Shown here in pieces: positions 1 to 10,477 of a stretch of DNA of 64,000 bases (position 1 is its first letter; every line of letters begins with the position of its first letter). Source of the DNA: a virus; IMG/VR virus record IMGVR_UViG_3300023179_000053, positions 1 through 64,000 of that record. One strand, 5' to 3'. The notes beneath the pieces are model-generated. The model was given only the letters and a program-made list of their open reading frames with translations. It did not search any database and had not been told where the DNA came from. Both the position numbers and the translations under genes were made by a program.

Positions 1-1
1 T

Positions 2-508
2 ATTTGCAATCGTAACATTGGCTGGAAGGCTTAATGTAACAGCGGCACTTTCTGATCCAGAACCAGTTACAGTTATTTCATTTGCAGTGCCTGTAATTGT
101 TGCAATATAATTTCCGGTTGTATCTGTACCAAGGGCAACAGAATTAGCAGCAATTGTTGTTTGACCATTTGCAGCAATGGTTACATCTCCAGAAAGTGTT
201 ACATATGTAGGAACACCGGTTGCATTTGCAACAGGAACTTGACCAGATGTTCCATTAGCAACATTAATAGTTGCAGTAGAGCCTTCACCCGGTGTATGGG
301 AAATAGATATTAAATTTCCCGCAGACACATTGGACATATAATTTCCAGTTGTATCTGTACCGAGAGTAATTGGTCCATTAACCCATAGTGTTCCATTATA
401 TTTTAAAAAATCACTAGCGGCTAGACCGATAATTGTAACATCAGTCAACCCATCAAGTGTATCGGCATTTTCTGATTCAACTAATACAGAACGATTAAGA
501 TCAGGCAT
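2..508 (-). CDS. Tail fibre/virion protein, N-terminal part (runs off the window start; not in ORF track)
   Basis: ATG at 508 overlaps the stop of the upstream gene. Open frame MPDLNRSVLVESENADTLDGLTDV... is T/G/A/N-rich, carries a repeated LGTDTTGNY motif and sits in the structural operon. Confidence 0.7.
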   Translation of the reverse strand, partial: MPDLNRSVLVESENADTLDGLTDVTIIGLAASDFLKYNGTLWVNGPITLGTDTTGNYMSNVSAGNLISISHTPGEGSTATINVANGTSGQVPVANATGVPTYVTLSGDVTIAANGQTTIAANSVALGTDTTGNYIATITGTANEITVTGSGSESAAVTLSLPANVTIAN

Positions 509-839
509 ATTCGACACCGCTAATTGTAAATGTTATAGCATTGGCTGTTGCTTGAGTAACATGAATACTACTATTAGCAGGTACGACTATGGATGTATTA
601 TAAAAAACAACATTATTTGCCAAAACATTTACATTGCTTACAATTTTGTTTGCGCTCCCAACTGAAGCTCCATTGACAAGAAGATGAATACTGCAGACCG
701 CATTTGAAGCGGTTGTATTGCAAAGATTAATGTTTTTAATAATGGAATAATTACCAACCGTATTTGCAACAGTATAAACATTGGAGCCAGCTCCAACATT
801 TGAACCAACATAAAAACTTTTTGGTGTTAAATTAGCCAT
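501..839 (-). CDS. Putative virion structural protein (beta-rich)
   Basis: 112-aa ORF coupled to its neighbours downstream of the capsid gene. Confidence 0.6.
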   Translation of the reverse strand: MANLTPKSFYVGSNVGAGSNVYTVANTVGNYSIIKNINLCNTTASNAVCSIHLLVNGASVGSANKIVSNVNVLANNVVFYNTSIVVPANSSIHVTQATANAITFTISGVEYA

Positions 840-1181
840 TTAGACCCCCATCCAAACTAAAACTTCATTATCATAAGTTGTTTGATTCATATCTTGAATA
901 ACTGTTGCATCTAGAACATGATCAACATAAGAACCAGATGTGTGAGAATTTGCAGTAGAGCCATCATAGCCTCTGTTTGCAACTGTAAAAGTATTACCGG
1001 CTCTTGATGATATTAAAACTTTTTCTTCTGATTGACTCCCCCGATCTATAACAATTACAAACGGATTTGCACCAGATGGGAAGGTAGAAGCATCTGCAAC
1101 AGAAATAGAAGTGACAGAGTTGTTAATGTTTGCAGACAATGTTGTTCTTAACACACCACCGCTAAATTCTTGTCTTAACAT
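840..1181 (-). CDS. Putative virion structural protein
   Basis: 113 aa, SD AAGGAG upstream; TTLSANI...ISVADASTFP...RGYDGS.A.SH pattern is common in phage virion proteins. Confidence 0.6.
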   Translation of the reverse strand: MLRQEFSGGVLRTTLSANINNSVTSISVADASTFPSGANPFVIVIDRGSQSEEKVLISSRAGNTFTVANRGYDGSTANSHTSGSYVDHVLDATVIQDMNQTTYDNEVLVWMGV

Positions 1182-1190
1182 AGGCTCTCC

Positions 1191-1574
1191 TTAGTCAATG
1201 CTGATATCAAGATCGCCTGTGGCAATTCTTAGCGTGTCTCCGGCATCTGTTGTTTTGTTAGAAGTAAGAGTCCCCCACAACAGTAAATTTCCAGAAGTAA
1301 GAGCATCATGGATGCCAATAGCCACAACTGTTGCAGCAGGCATGTTTGTAAAATCTATATTTGCATTGTTTGATGTTGCACCACTAGCGGCGGCGCTAAA
1401 TGCTGCAGTTTGGCGAGCATAGGAGCCACCAGTAACTTCTGTTCCACCACCAGAATCAGTTGGCGCTACCGTGTATAAAGCAACATAAACAGCAGATGGT
1501 TTTGTATATGTGGTTGTACCAAGAAAATGATCAACAAGTTTATTTTCAAGATAATTAGAAAGATTACCAGCCAT
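1191..1574 (-). CDS. Putative tail-associated structural protein
   Basis: MAGNLSNYLENKLVDH...YVALYT...EVTGGSYARQ...GNLL is a widespread phage virion-protein pattern. Confidence 0.7.
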   Translation of the reverse strand: MAGNLSNYLENKLVDHFLGTTTYTKPSAVYVALYTVAPTDSGGGTEVTGGSYARQTAAFSAAASGATSNNANIDFTNMPAATVVAIGIHDALTSGNLLLWGTLTSNKTTDAGDTLRIATGDLDISID

Positions 1575-1577
1575 TAT

Positions 1578-1880
1578 TTATGCCTCCAAATTATTATAAT
1601 AGAATTCCTTTTCTTCGTCACTAGGTAATCTGAAGTTAGGAAGTCTTAGCAAGTTATTTGCTTCTTCAACATCCATTTCTGCCATTCTATTGTGTTCTTT
1701 AGAAAAAGTAAATCCTGAAGGAGTAGTGTAGGAAAAACCACTTTCAAAATAAATTATAACTTTTCCTTCTTTAATAACTGGTTTGACATCTTCTTCTTTT
1801 TTAACACTTTTCTTTGGCGTTTTCTTTTGTGGTGCAACTTGATCAGAAGTTACAATATTTTCTTTTTTTTCATCAGTCAT
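1578..1880 (-). CDS. Hypothetical protein (probable start MTDEKK at 1880)
   Basis: ORF track 1578..1916; a -10-like TGATAGGAT lies 7 nt before the ATG at 1880. Confidence 0.55.
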   Translation of the reverse strand: MTDEKKENIVTSDQVAPQKKTPKKSVKKEEDVKPVIKEGKVIIYFESGFSYTTPSGFTFSKEHNRMAEMDVEEANNLLRLPNFRLPSDEEKEFYYNNLEA

Positions 1881-1943
1881 ACTATCAATCCTATCATGTA
1901 TTGGTAAATAAATCAACTGTTCCTATGGATAATTTTAATCCAT

Positions 1944-1991
1944 ATGCTAGTAAGGCGGGGAGAATGTTTCTCTCCCCGCCACTACCAGCAT
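1944..1991 (-). terminator. Hairpin downstream of the major capsid gene
   Basis: GGCGGGGAGA/TCTCCCCGCC stem, extended by ATGCT/AGCAT. Confidence 0.6.
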
Positions 1992-2002
1992 TTAGGACAC
2001 TA

Positions 2003-3055
2003 TTACAGTGTGCGCAGCTTGACGTTCTTTGCAACGACATAAGAATCAAGATTCTCAACGTTGCAAGCGATACGCATGAATTGTGTGTATTCAATTGTAT
2101 CTGACTTCGGCTGGAACTGACGATAGACAGTGATATCTCTGTGCAGACCGACAACTTTGTTGTTGGGGAATGTCAACTCAATATAACCGTGATTGCCAGA
2201 AGCACCCGAGTAGTCACCAGCGACTGTCTCAGGGAGCAGTGGGATCTCCACCAGCGGAATGCCGTAGGGCGCAATGCCTGTTGCACCAGCACCACCGTTT
2301 GCACGGATAGCACCGTTCATGAACGCCTGCTCACCGAATGTTGAACCGGGAGCTGGAGCGCCAGCAGTTGCAGCAGTTGCCGAGTTAGGATTCTGCAGGC
2401 TGAACGAGACATCCTGAACCACACCAGCACCTGTAAAGAAGCGCAATTCGCCTCTTCTTTGCAGATACTTTGTCGGCATGTTGCGCAGCACTCTATCAAA
2501 TGTTGCACGGGAGACATTATTGCCAGCCTCATCCACAACTCTACCACCAGCAAGCGACAGCTTAGTAAAGCCATCAAGAGCCTTAAGAAGAGCATTGTTT
2601 GAAGATGTATTGCCGCTGATCAACAAGTCATCAACATCATTGGCTGTTTGACGAGCCATGAGTTGAGCAAGGTGATCTTCCAGCGAAGCACCCTCAATAT
2701 TGTCCTCAAGAGCCTCTGTGCTGAGCGCCCAGTCAAGACGCAACTTAACGCTTGAAAGCGAAACTTTGCTAAATGTAACAGCTGCATTTGAGCCATCACT
2801 TGTAGCTTCAGTCGCCTTCTGCATCAGTCGTGTACCAACCGACACCTTGTCGATTTCCATCGACGGTGTGCGCATGCGAACAACTCTTGCGTTCTTCATG
2901 AGGTTTGATTGATCAACTACGTAATCAATAAAACGATTTGATTGCTCAGGCTTGAGCAAACCACCATTAGCATTGTTATATTGAATGCCAGAAGCAGCAG
3001 CGCTGCCGGTTGTAACTTCGTTAGCCTTAGCAAGTATTTCTTCTTGTGTTGCCAT
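2003..3055 (-). CDS. Major capsid protein (HK97 fold)
   Basis: 350 aa; GGLLKPEQSNRFID, LSTEALEDNIEG..LEDHL..LMA...ANDVDDLLISG; follows the protease gene; strong SD AAGGAGG. Confidence 0.9.
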   Translation of the reverse strand: MATQEEILAKANEVTTGSAAASGIQYNNANGGLLKPEQSNRFIDYVVDQSNLMKNARVVRMRTPSMEIDKVSVGTRLMQKATEATSDGSNAAVTFSKVSLSSVKLRLDWALSTEALEDNIEGASLEDHLAQLMARQTANDVDDLLISGNTSSNNALLKALDGFTKLSLAGGRVVDEAGNNVSRATFDRVLRNMPTKYLQRRGELRFFTGAGVVQDVSFSLQNPNSATAATAGAPAPGSTFGEQAFMNGAIRANGGAGATGIAPYGIPLVEIPLLPETVAGDYSGASGNHGYIELTFPNNKVVGLHRDITVYRQFQPKSDTIEYTQFMRIACNVENLDSYVVAKNVKLRTL

Positions 3056-3075
3056 AGTAATTATTCCTCCTTAAC

Positions 3076-4668
3076 TTATGACTTATAGCCCAGGGAGTTA
3101 ATAATCCCTTGTGGCAAGTAAACATTGGTCCAGAATGTCTTTTCAGGCTCAGACTTCTTCAACTCTTCAACCTGTTCATCATCTTCTGGATCAACACTCT
3201 TCTTCACAGCGCCAGCCTGAGCGAATTGCTCAACTTTTGCTGTTTGTTCCTCAAGAGCCTTCTCTGTTGCTTCCAACTTTTGAGAAAGTTCTTCTTTTTG
3301 AGTATCAATACTCTTAGCAACTTCATCAATCTTAGCAGCAACATTTGCTTCAACTTCAGCCTTAAGCGAAGTAGCAAAGTCATTAAGCTTTTGATCGATG
3401 ACGGAGCCCAGAGCTTCTTTCAGAATTTCAATATCCATTTCTTCCTCCATCTGATCATTTTTAACTTCGGCTTCAACTGAAGCTTCAGCTTGCTCGCTTT
3501 CATCAAGCGAATTATCTCCTGGCTGATCTGTAAGCCATGAGACAAACTTTTTAACTAGGGACAATTTTTCATTTTCTTTGTCAATAGTATTATCCATAGG
3601 TTTCATCATATCATACTTTTTATCCTGTTGCAATAAATCCGGTGTAACCATTAATCTTTCCTCCTCATTTAATTCATAATAAATATTATCTAAAAGAAAA
3701 TCTAACAGGTGGGCATCCGCATATTCTGGGTTATCAATTTCAATGCTTTCAATTTCTTCAAATAAAGCATCTAATAATTCATCTTTAATATTTTCTGCTC
3801 CAACTGACTTTTTAGCTCTCTCTTGCGAATTTCTGTATCTTTCCAAAAGCCTTCTACCTTTTGCAGCAAGCCTTGCAGCATCTGAGCGATCCTGAGGGAC
3901 CGGCTCGCCCCAAGCCGCTGCTGAAAGAGCAAGCCTTGTTGGTTTGCCATTTGGCTTTTTCATTGGACCAGATGGATTTGTAAAGAACCTTGTAAGGAAA
4001 GATCCTTTTCTGCGCATTTTCTCTGGAGTGTCTGCAGCCCCCTTGACACCTGGCTTTAAATTTGCCCCTTCTTTTTCTTTAAAATGCCTTCTTCCAGCAG
4101 CTGTTAATCCACCTTTAGGATCTTTAATTGGCTGTTTTTTTTCTAAATCCTCATCACTCTCAAGCGCATAGTTTAGCTCGCCATCATTATTTCTTTTAAT
4201 AAGATCAATAACTGCCACTGCATTTGCTGGGTTATCAACAAGACTTAACTCACCAAGATCATATTCTTTTATAACATGAATAGGTCTTCCATTATGCACT
4301 TTGTCTTGCATCATTTCCTTTTTAAGTATTTTACCGCCAATTGAAAATGCACGAAGCGTACCGTCAAGCACTTTTTGCCAAGTGCTTTCTGCACCTTTTG
4401 AAATATAAGCTTCAACTTGAATTGCATTGTACTCTTCGCCATCCGCGCCTTTAATTTTTATCGGCTTATAGCTAATAGCTTTACCAACAGCAATTGGCGC
4501 ATGCATTTCACGAATATTTCCTTGCCAGCTTTTAAATGCTAATAAAGATGCTTGAAAATCAACAACATCTCCAACTTTATCAATATTATCAGCTGTTGCA
4601 ATACCTGTAACAATTCTCTCTTCTTTTTTCACCATATCAATGGGAAAATTTAAATTAAAGTCAGTCAT
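3076..4668 (-). CDS. Prohead protease (HK97/XkdF-like) fused to a basic accessory domain and a C-terminal coiled-coil scaffold
   Basis: IREMH, FSIGG and ELSLVDNPAN protease motifs; central KDPKGGLTAAGR...SFLTRF domain; acidic coiled-coil C-terminus. Confidence 0.88.
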   Translation of the reverse strand: MTDFNLNFPIDMVKKEERIVTGIATADNIDKVGDVVDFQASLLAFKSWQGNIREMHAPIAVGKAISYKPIKIKGADGEEYNAIQVEAYISKGAESTWQKVLDGTLRAFSIGGKILKKEMMQDKVHNGRPIHVIKEYDLGELSLVDNPANAVAVIDLIKRNNDGELNYALESDEDLEKKQPIKDPKGGLTAAGRRHFKEKEGANLKPGVKGAADTPEKMRRKGSFLTRFFTNPSGPMKKPNGKPTRLALSAAAWGEPVPQDRSDAARLAAKGRRLLERYRNSQERAKKSVGAENIKDELLDALFEEIESIEIDNPEYADAHLLDFLLDNIYYELNEEERLMVTPDLLQQDKKYDMMKPMDNTIDKENEKLSLVKKFVSWLTDQPGDNSLDESEQAEASVEAEVKNDQMEEEMDIEILKEALGSVIDQKLNDFATSLKAEVEANVAAKIDEVAKSIDTQKEELSQKLEATEKALEEQTAKVEQFAQAGAVKKSVDPEDDEQVEELKKSEPEKTFWTNVYLPQGIINSLGYKS

Positions 4669-4709
4669 AGTCTAATCTTAGTTTAATGAATAGTTTATTA
4701 TACAGCAAA

Positions 4710-4967
4710 TTATCCTATGGCATAGACAGCAACGCTAACATTTGCCGTAATGACTTGAAATTTTGTATAATCGCCTTCCACTTCCACCCAGTTTTTTGCT
4801 GCTGGAATAACCACCCTATGTGGACCACCATTTAACTCTATCACTGCATTTGTACTAGCATTCAAATTTAAAAAGTGAATACATGACGTATGCCCATTAA
4901 TAGAGACGGTATTTGCAGCACTTGTGACTGCCGTGTTTGAATAAATAATACCCATTCCTTGACTCAT
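4710..4967 (-). CDS. Hypothetical virion-associated protein
   Basis: 85-aa ORF overlapping the portal stop (ATGA). Confidence 0.6.
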   Translation of the reverse strand: MSQGMGIIYSNTAVTSAANTVSINGHTSCIHFLNLNASTNAVIELNGGPHRVVIPAAKNWVEVEGDYTKFQVITANVSVAVYAIG

Positions 4968-6571
4968 TCTTTACCTCCTGAATTGTCTTGATTTTGACCC
5001 CTTTCAGCCTGATCGCCAGACTGTCTTGGATCACTTGTTTGCCCTTCAGAATCTGCTCTTGCATTTCTCGGAGCAATTATATCATTATTAGAATTTCCAA
5101 ACGGAGCCCCTGGACCATCCTTTTCTTTTTTTGTTGGGAATGGCAATGGGTCATCTCCATCCGCCCTCTCTGGAAGACCGAGAGTGGAGCGAACTTCGTT
5201 TGGAGTTATAACTTCTGTTCTAAGATATCTATCATTAATTCTTGACTGAATATCTTCATCAACAAGATCTATACTCTTAAATTTAAGAACAAATAAATCG
5301 GTAAACTCCATCATTACTCTATTTAATCTTTTTTCAATCACAGACTGATCTGGTGCAACAACTTGCATCTTAAATGTTTTATCAGCATCTCTAGATACAG
5401 CTAAGTTTGCATTATCATAAACGCCAACTTTTGGAGCTGGAACTCTATTTGCAACTAAAATTTCATCTCGGTTAGATTTTCGATATTTATCAAAAGAGGC
5501 ATCCTGAATACCAGCTTCAAGTTTTTCAAATTTAATATCACTATCCGAGCCAATAGATGCCGGAATTGGTATAACCAAAGTTCCGTGGTTTCTACCTTTC
5601 ACTTCTTTTCTAAAATAATTAACAAGCTCTTGCTTAGATTTATTGCTAAGTTTTGCACCTTTAAGAACTATAGCATACCGAGGAATAGCTTTATTCTCAA
5701 AATAATCAATGTTATATTCTTTTGCAAATTTATCACCAACAATTGCAGCGGCAGCAGACACCGCAGAAGGAATACCGTAATATGTATTCTTAGGAGAGTA
5801 AATCTTAAAATGAATAATTTCATTTGGTCTTGGATCAGAGTTAATCGGGTCTGGCGTTTCTTGATCGCCGTAGTTTCTAAAGAAGACCGCCGAGATTTTA
5901 TTGCTTCTTGCGATTTGGACGAAACCATCTCTTTTTCTCCTAACTCTCACTAATGTTCCGGGTATATGACCAATATATCCTATCTCACCAGAATTATTTC
6001 TGCCAATTTCAAGATATCCATTTCCAATTGTCAAAACATCTTGCCAGACTTTAATCATTGTTTCAATAAAAGTTTCTTCAACGTTTAAATTTTCAAAAAG
6101 TTCTTCAAGTCTTTCTTTTTCATCTTGAAGTTCTTTTCTTACTCTATAAAGTTTTTCTTCGCTATCAGTTGATTTCTCAATTTTTCTTCTTGCTTTTAGA
6201 GTTTCTTGAAATTCAAAACCAAGACCAACAGTGTTCATGACTCTTGCACTAACAGCTGCATTGTGAATTGCACTTGAATCAAATAAACCAGAGAGGTTGT
6301 CAAGATCGTATGGCGGATTTACAATATCATAAAGAGTGTATCCATCAAGTGTCTCTGGATCAATGTACTTTGTTCCAGTACCGTCTTCTCCAACATATTT
6401 TTTAGCAAGCTTATTAGCCCTTCTTTTCATTTTTGGAGAAAGGGAGTTAAAAGAAATTTTTAAAAATGGATCATCTTCAGCAACTACTGTTTCAAATCCA
6501 AAGTATGAAAGATCATCAATCTCATCTATATTTTCAATTGAGTCTTCAACATGCACCATTTTCTTTTCCAT
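4964..6571 (-). CDS. Portal protein
   Basis: GNGYLEI.RN, NEIIHF, YYGIPS, YFEN.AIP, RVPAPKVG, ITPNEVR..LGL motifs of HK97/PBSX-type portals. Confidence 0.9.
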   Translation of the reverse strand: MEKKMVHVEDSIENIDEIDDLSYFGFETVVAEDDPFLKISFNSLSPKMKRRANKLAKKYVGEDGTGTKYIDPETLDGYTLYDIVNPPYDLDNLSGLFDSSAIHNAAVSARVMNTVGLGFEFQETLKARRKIEKSTDSEEKLYRVRKELQDEKERLEELFENLNVEETFIETMIKVWQDVLTIGNGYLEIGRNNSGEIGYIGHIPGTLVRVRRKRDGFVQIARSNKISAVFFRNYGDQETPDPINSDPRPNEIIHFKIYSPKNTYYGIPSAVSAAAAIVGDKFAKEYNIDYFENKAIPRYAIVLKGAKLSNKSKQELVNYFRKEVKGRNHGTLVIPIPASIGSDSDIKFEKLEAGIQDASFDKYRKSNRDEILVANRVPAPKVGVYDNANLAVSRDADKTFKMQVVAPDQSVIEKRLNRVMMEFTDLFVLKFKSIDLVDEDIQSRINDRYLRTEVITPNEVRSTLGLPERADGDDPLPFPTKKEKDGPGAPFGNSNNDIIAPRNARADSEGQTSDPRQSGDQAERGQNQDNSGGKE

Positions 6572-6572
6572 A

Positions 6573-6896
6573 CTACCTCTTTAAATTATCAAAAAAATCT
6601 TCATATGGATCAGGTGTTAGACCATTACTAAGTCTTTCAACTTGATCATCTCTTTCACTATCACTTACTTTTCTTGCGCCATGAACCCATGCGATTTCTC
6701 CATCATCTTTACCTGTCCAATACTTGGCTGCTTGAGTTACTCTTTTCTCAATGTCTTTATCTCCAACAAAACCTTCTGCAGATAAAACTCCATCGCCATC
6801 AGATAGTGGCTTGCCATCTGGCATAATCCAGATACAAACACCATAAGTCCTTGGCGGAACCCATAAACGACTGTTTTTAATAGATTCATGACTCAT
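6573..6896 (-). CDS. Conserved phage hypothetical protein
   Basis: 107-aa ORF directly upstream of portal; leaderless-type -10 upstream. Confidence 0.65.
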   Translation of the reverse strand: MSHESIKNSRLWVPPRTYGVCIWIMPDGKPLSDGDGVLSAEGFVGDKDIEKRVTQAAKYWTGKDDGEIAWVHGARKVSDSERDDQVERLSNGLTPDPYEDFFDNLKR

Positions 6897-6994
6897 TGAA
6901 TATATTGTACACCACTTTTGTTAAAAAAAGAATAAAAATGATGAAAACCAGTACAGCTTTTCATAATCCCAATCAAATATCATACAACTTTGGT

Positions 6995-8923
6995 TTATTT
7001 TACTGGACAAGCACCAGTTGCACAATCACCAAGGGCAATTTCATGATTTCCGGCATTTTGTTGCAGCGGCACTGAGAAGTCTATCTTGCTGATAGCTTTA
7101 GAATATTCTTCTTCAGATATCTCTTCATATGGAGGTAGTGGGAAGTTGTGATCGCTGTGTAGTAAGAACGATACTGACTTAACTGAGTTATCATAATTTT
7201 CTTGCAACCATTTTTTAATTTCTGACAATTCTTCTTTGCGATAATAAACAGTTACAGAAACAGCATTGTCTGCCCAAACAGTCTGCATTTTTTTAACCCA
7301 TTCAAGTTGCTGAATAGCTGTCATTTCACTTGCAAGCACAGAACCATCTGGCGACTTGCATGGGAATTCAACAACATATCTTGTGTGATCTTCTCTACCA
7401 TCAAGACCGACATCCCAAACAACTTTATACCCTCGCTTGCGACATGCATCAACAAGCGGATCGGCAGCGCCAAAACGAACACGCCGTGTATAGTATTTAG
7501 CAAATGCTGGGTGAATACCCGGCGTAACACCTGGAAGTAGCGATAGCGTTCCTGATGGTTGAACAGTAGTTAATCTCACAGAAGGATTCCACCCTCGTTC
7601 TTTGCTATATTGTTTATCAAATTTTTTAAGATTTTCATAAACATCAGATAGCCAAGAAATTTTTTCTTCATTGCACTGAAGTAGTCCAGTAATAGACTGA
7701 CCAAGCCTTGCATTTTTGTGAACAATTTTATTTGTTTTTTCGTATGGATAAGATAATCTTGTAACCATTTTTTGAATTTTATATAAAAGTATAGAAATTT
7801 CTTTAAACTGCTCTAATGAATCAATATTTGGTAAAAAGATTGTTGAAAGATTACACGACTCGCCATCTGCAAGTGCAATCTCTGCACATGGATTAAATCC
7901 TTCAATAGAATTATCTTGTGAAATTTCTCCAAGCCTTCCATGCGTTCTTGCAAGCTTTCTGTTTACTAAACCATACGGTTCGCCAGAACCGTCATACCCT
8001 CTCCATAATTCAGCAAGAATTTCATCATAGGAATCTGCATAAATAGAATTATTGCTGTTTGCTCTCCAGGCAGGAACAGAGCCAGATGACCAATTCTTTG
8101 CACGTAAAAATAAAATATCATCGGGATCGCCAATAGCAATTTGCGCTGAACGACGAGATGAGCCAGAAACAACAATTCTGCCAATAATATTGCAGATATC
8201 AAGCACATCAACTGAACGTAATTTCTTTCCAACTCTATTATCTAATACTTTACAAATATCTACAATTCCATCAACCAGTGCGCCGGGACCAGATGCAGTT
8301 CCACCAAATGTCTTAAGCGGAGCGCCAAACTCACGAATTAAAACGGTTGAATATGTAAAACTTTTACCTGTAACAAAATATGATTCAAGAACTTTGTGAA
8401 GAAGCTCTCGCCATCCTTGTCTTGAATCAGGAACAATAAAGTCTGCATCATTGCTTCTTTCTGCAATAATACTTTTAACTTCTTTCACCTTTGGAAGATC
8501 GTGTATCTTAGATCTTTCTACTGAAAAACCAACTCCACCACCAAGCATTAAATAGTCAAAAACCATTTCAAAATCTTCAATTTTTTCAATATTTGTAAAG
8601 AAACAATTATTTAACGAAGTACCAGAAAATTTTGAAACAAGTGGAGTACCAAGTTGCCACAATGCTCTTCCGGCAACTGTACAGCGTAAATTGAACATAT
8701 GATCAAAAAGTTTTTCTGCTTCTTCTTGTGTGAAATCAACACCAATATCAACTGCGCCATCAATAATTCTTTTAATTGTTTCAACCCATGTTTCAGTTCT
8801 ATCAGTGCCCTCTATTTTACGACTGTATGTCCTAAGATATACAACCTCGCCCATGCCGCCAAAACCCCAAGGTGGAGTTTGATTTGCGTAAGGGGACAGA
8901 AAATTAGATGTAAGTAATGACAT
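6995..8923 (-). CDS. nrdJ: Class II (B12-dependent) ribonucleotide reductase
   Basis: YLRTYSR, GGGVG, RRSAQI, catalytic NPCAE, PSGT and C-terminal CATGACP. Confidence 0.93.
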   Translation of the reverse strand: MSLLTSNFLSPYANQTPPWGFGGMGEVVYLRTYSRKIEGTDRTETWVETIKRIIDGAVDIGVDFTQEEAEKLFDHMFNLRCTVAGRALWQLGTPLVSKFSGTSLNNCFFTNIEKIEDFEMVFDYLMLGGGVGFSVERSKIHDLPKVKEVKSIIAERSNDADFIVPDSRQGWRELLHKVLESYFVTGKSFTYSTVLIREFGAPLKTFGGTASGPGALVDGIVDICKVLDNRVGKKLRSVDVLDICNIIGRIVVSGSSRRSAQIAIGDPDDILFLRAKNWSSGSVPAWRANSNNSIYADSYDEILAELWRGYDGSGEPYGLVNRKLARTHGRLGEISQDNSIEGFNPCAEIALADGESCNLSTIFLPNIDSLEQFKEISILLYKIQKMVTRLSYPYEKTNKIVHKNARLGQSITGLLQCNEEKISWLSDVYENLKKFDKQYSKERGWNPSVRLTTVQPSGTLSLLPGVTPGIHPAFAKYYTRRVRFGAADPLVDACRKRGYKVVWDVGLDGREDHTRYVVEFPCKSPDGSVLASEMTAIQQLEWVKKMQTVWADNAVSVTVYYRKEELSEIKKWLQENYDNSVKSVSFLLHSDHNFPLPPYEEISEEEYSKAISKIDFSVPLQQNAGNHEIALGDCATGACPVK

Positions 8924-8996
8924 TTTATACCTCCGAAAAATGGGATTATTAATAGTATCTTAAGGGTTTACAGTTAGCAATCAAAAATACTAAGGT

Positions 8997-10007
8997 CTAA
9001 ATTGACTTTTCATAATATTTGATGCGATCAACTATCTTATCAGCAATCGCAGACCAAGACTGCTCGACATGCAATATTTTTGCAGATTTTATTGTATGTT
9101 TTTTGAATTCATCATATTCACTCACCACAAGTTCCATTAATTCAATCAATTGATCAAAATCTGGAGATGCCCACATACCTGTATCTTCACCATACTGTTG
9201 TGTATTCCAATCTGCTGAAGAAAATTCAGCATCTAACGGAATGGAATAATTTGCAAAATCTTTACATCCTGTTTCATTTGTCACAATAGTAGGCATACCG
9301 GTACAAATTGACTCAAATGGAATCATACCAAAACCTTCGCCATTTGTTGGATATAACATACAATGACAAGAATGATACAATTTCACTAACGATTCAATAT
9401 CATACGATTCTGGTATTGCAATAATTTGTGGATGCATACTTGCAGGAACAAGTCTGCCATTTAAATATACTTCTGCAAAACAGAAATTTGTGTATTTTAA
9501 GTACAGTTTAAAATCCATATTGCCTTCATATAATTCTAAAAATGCATCTACTGCCATCTGAGCATTTTTTCTTTTTGAATCTCCGCCAACATGTAAAAAA
9601 TTAAAAGTATCTGTTATTTCACGATCAATTATTGCAAATTCATCAGAAATACCATGAGGGATTACATGTATATTGTGATGAACTTGATGTTTTTTATAAA
9701 TTTCTTTTACATAGCTTGATGTTGCCCAAATTTCATCACATTGCCTCATATGATTAATCCAACCAGATGGTATCTTTGTTGACTCCCAAGGAGTATATCC
9801 AACTTTGTAAGAATTTTGATATTGATAATAATACGGCTGGCAAAAATTTACATGATATGGTATTTCATTTCTATTATAAAAAACAGCAACATCTTTTTCT
9901 TTAAGAGCATTAATAGTTGCAATTGCAGCTGTAGAATAACCTTGACTGTACCAGTTTGTACCGCTGATGTCAACTGAGCCTGGAGTAAACCAACTAATTT
10001 TTCTCAT
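8997..10007 (-). CDS. Glycosyltransferase (GT-B/GT4-like)
   Basis: IPHG, RKNA, YPTNGEGFGMIPFES..GMPTI. Confidence 0.88.
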   Translation of the reverse strand: MRKISWFTPGSVDISGTNWYSQGYSTAAIATINALKEKDVAVFYNRNEIPYHVNFCQPYYYQYQNSYKVGYTPWESTKIPSGWINHMRQCDEIWATSSYVKEIYKKHQVHHNIHVIPHGISDEFAIIDREITDTFNFLHVGGDSKRKNAQMAVDAFLELYEGNMDFKLYLKYTNFCFAEVYLNGRLVPASMHPQIIAIPESYDIESLVKLYHSCHCMLYPTNGEGFGMIPFESICTGMPTIVTNETGCKDFANYSIPLDAEFSSADWNTQQYGEDTGMWASPDFDQLIELMELVVSEYDEFKKHTIKSAKILHVEQSWSAIADKIVDRIKYYEKSI

Positions 10008-10013
10008 GTGAAA

Positions 10014-10271
10014 TTACTTTCTGGGTTTTTTGTTTTTTGTAGATTTTTTAGGTGGTGTGATTTCATCATCTAGATTAAAACACTTAACTCCACTGTCTAC
10101 AAACTTTTTAGCATCCTCTCCAGAAATTTCACAGGTTACAGGCATTGCTGAAAACATACATCTCGAAGCTGCAATCCAGCAATCATTTGTTTGAACTATT
10201 GAAATGTAACCAGAATCAACTATTGCAGCGCCGCTGTAATCGTCAGATTCGACTATGCCAATAATTTTCAT
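10014..10271 (-). CDS. Hypothetical protein
   Basis: 85-aa ORF; TGGTATACT 6 nt before ATG. Confidence 0.6.
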   Translation of the reverse strand: MKIIGIVESDDYSGAAIVDSGYISIVQTNDCWIAASRCMFSAMPVTCEISGEDAKKFVDSGVKCFNLDDEITPPKKSTKNKKPRK

Positions 10272-10307
10272 AAAGCGAGTATACCACCATTCTTGTTATT
10301 TAGATCT

Positions 10308-10362
10308 CTAGTATATAAGTATATTAAGTATATAAGTATATTAAGTATATATTAGTATACTT
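10308..10362. repeat. AT-rich tandem AAGTATAT(T) repeats at a divergent strand switch; possible origin or regulatory site
   Basis: Sequence AGTATATAAGTATATTAAGTATATAAGTATATTAAGTATATATTAGTATAC between divergent operons. Confidence 0.7.
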
Positions 10363-10477
10363 AGACTGCTTCGCATGCCTGCATGCGTAGCATAGCATAC
10401 TTTTGCAGAAAAAATGCAAGAAATAAAAAAAATTTTTTGGTGAGTGAACATTCTTTTTTTTCGTGTATACTGTTTTT

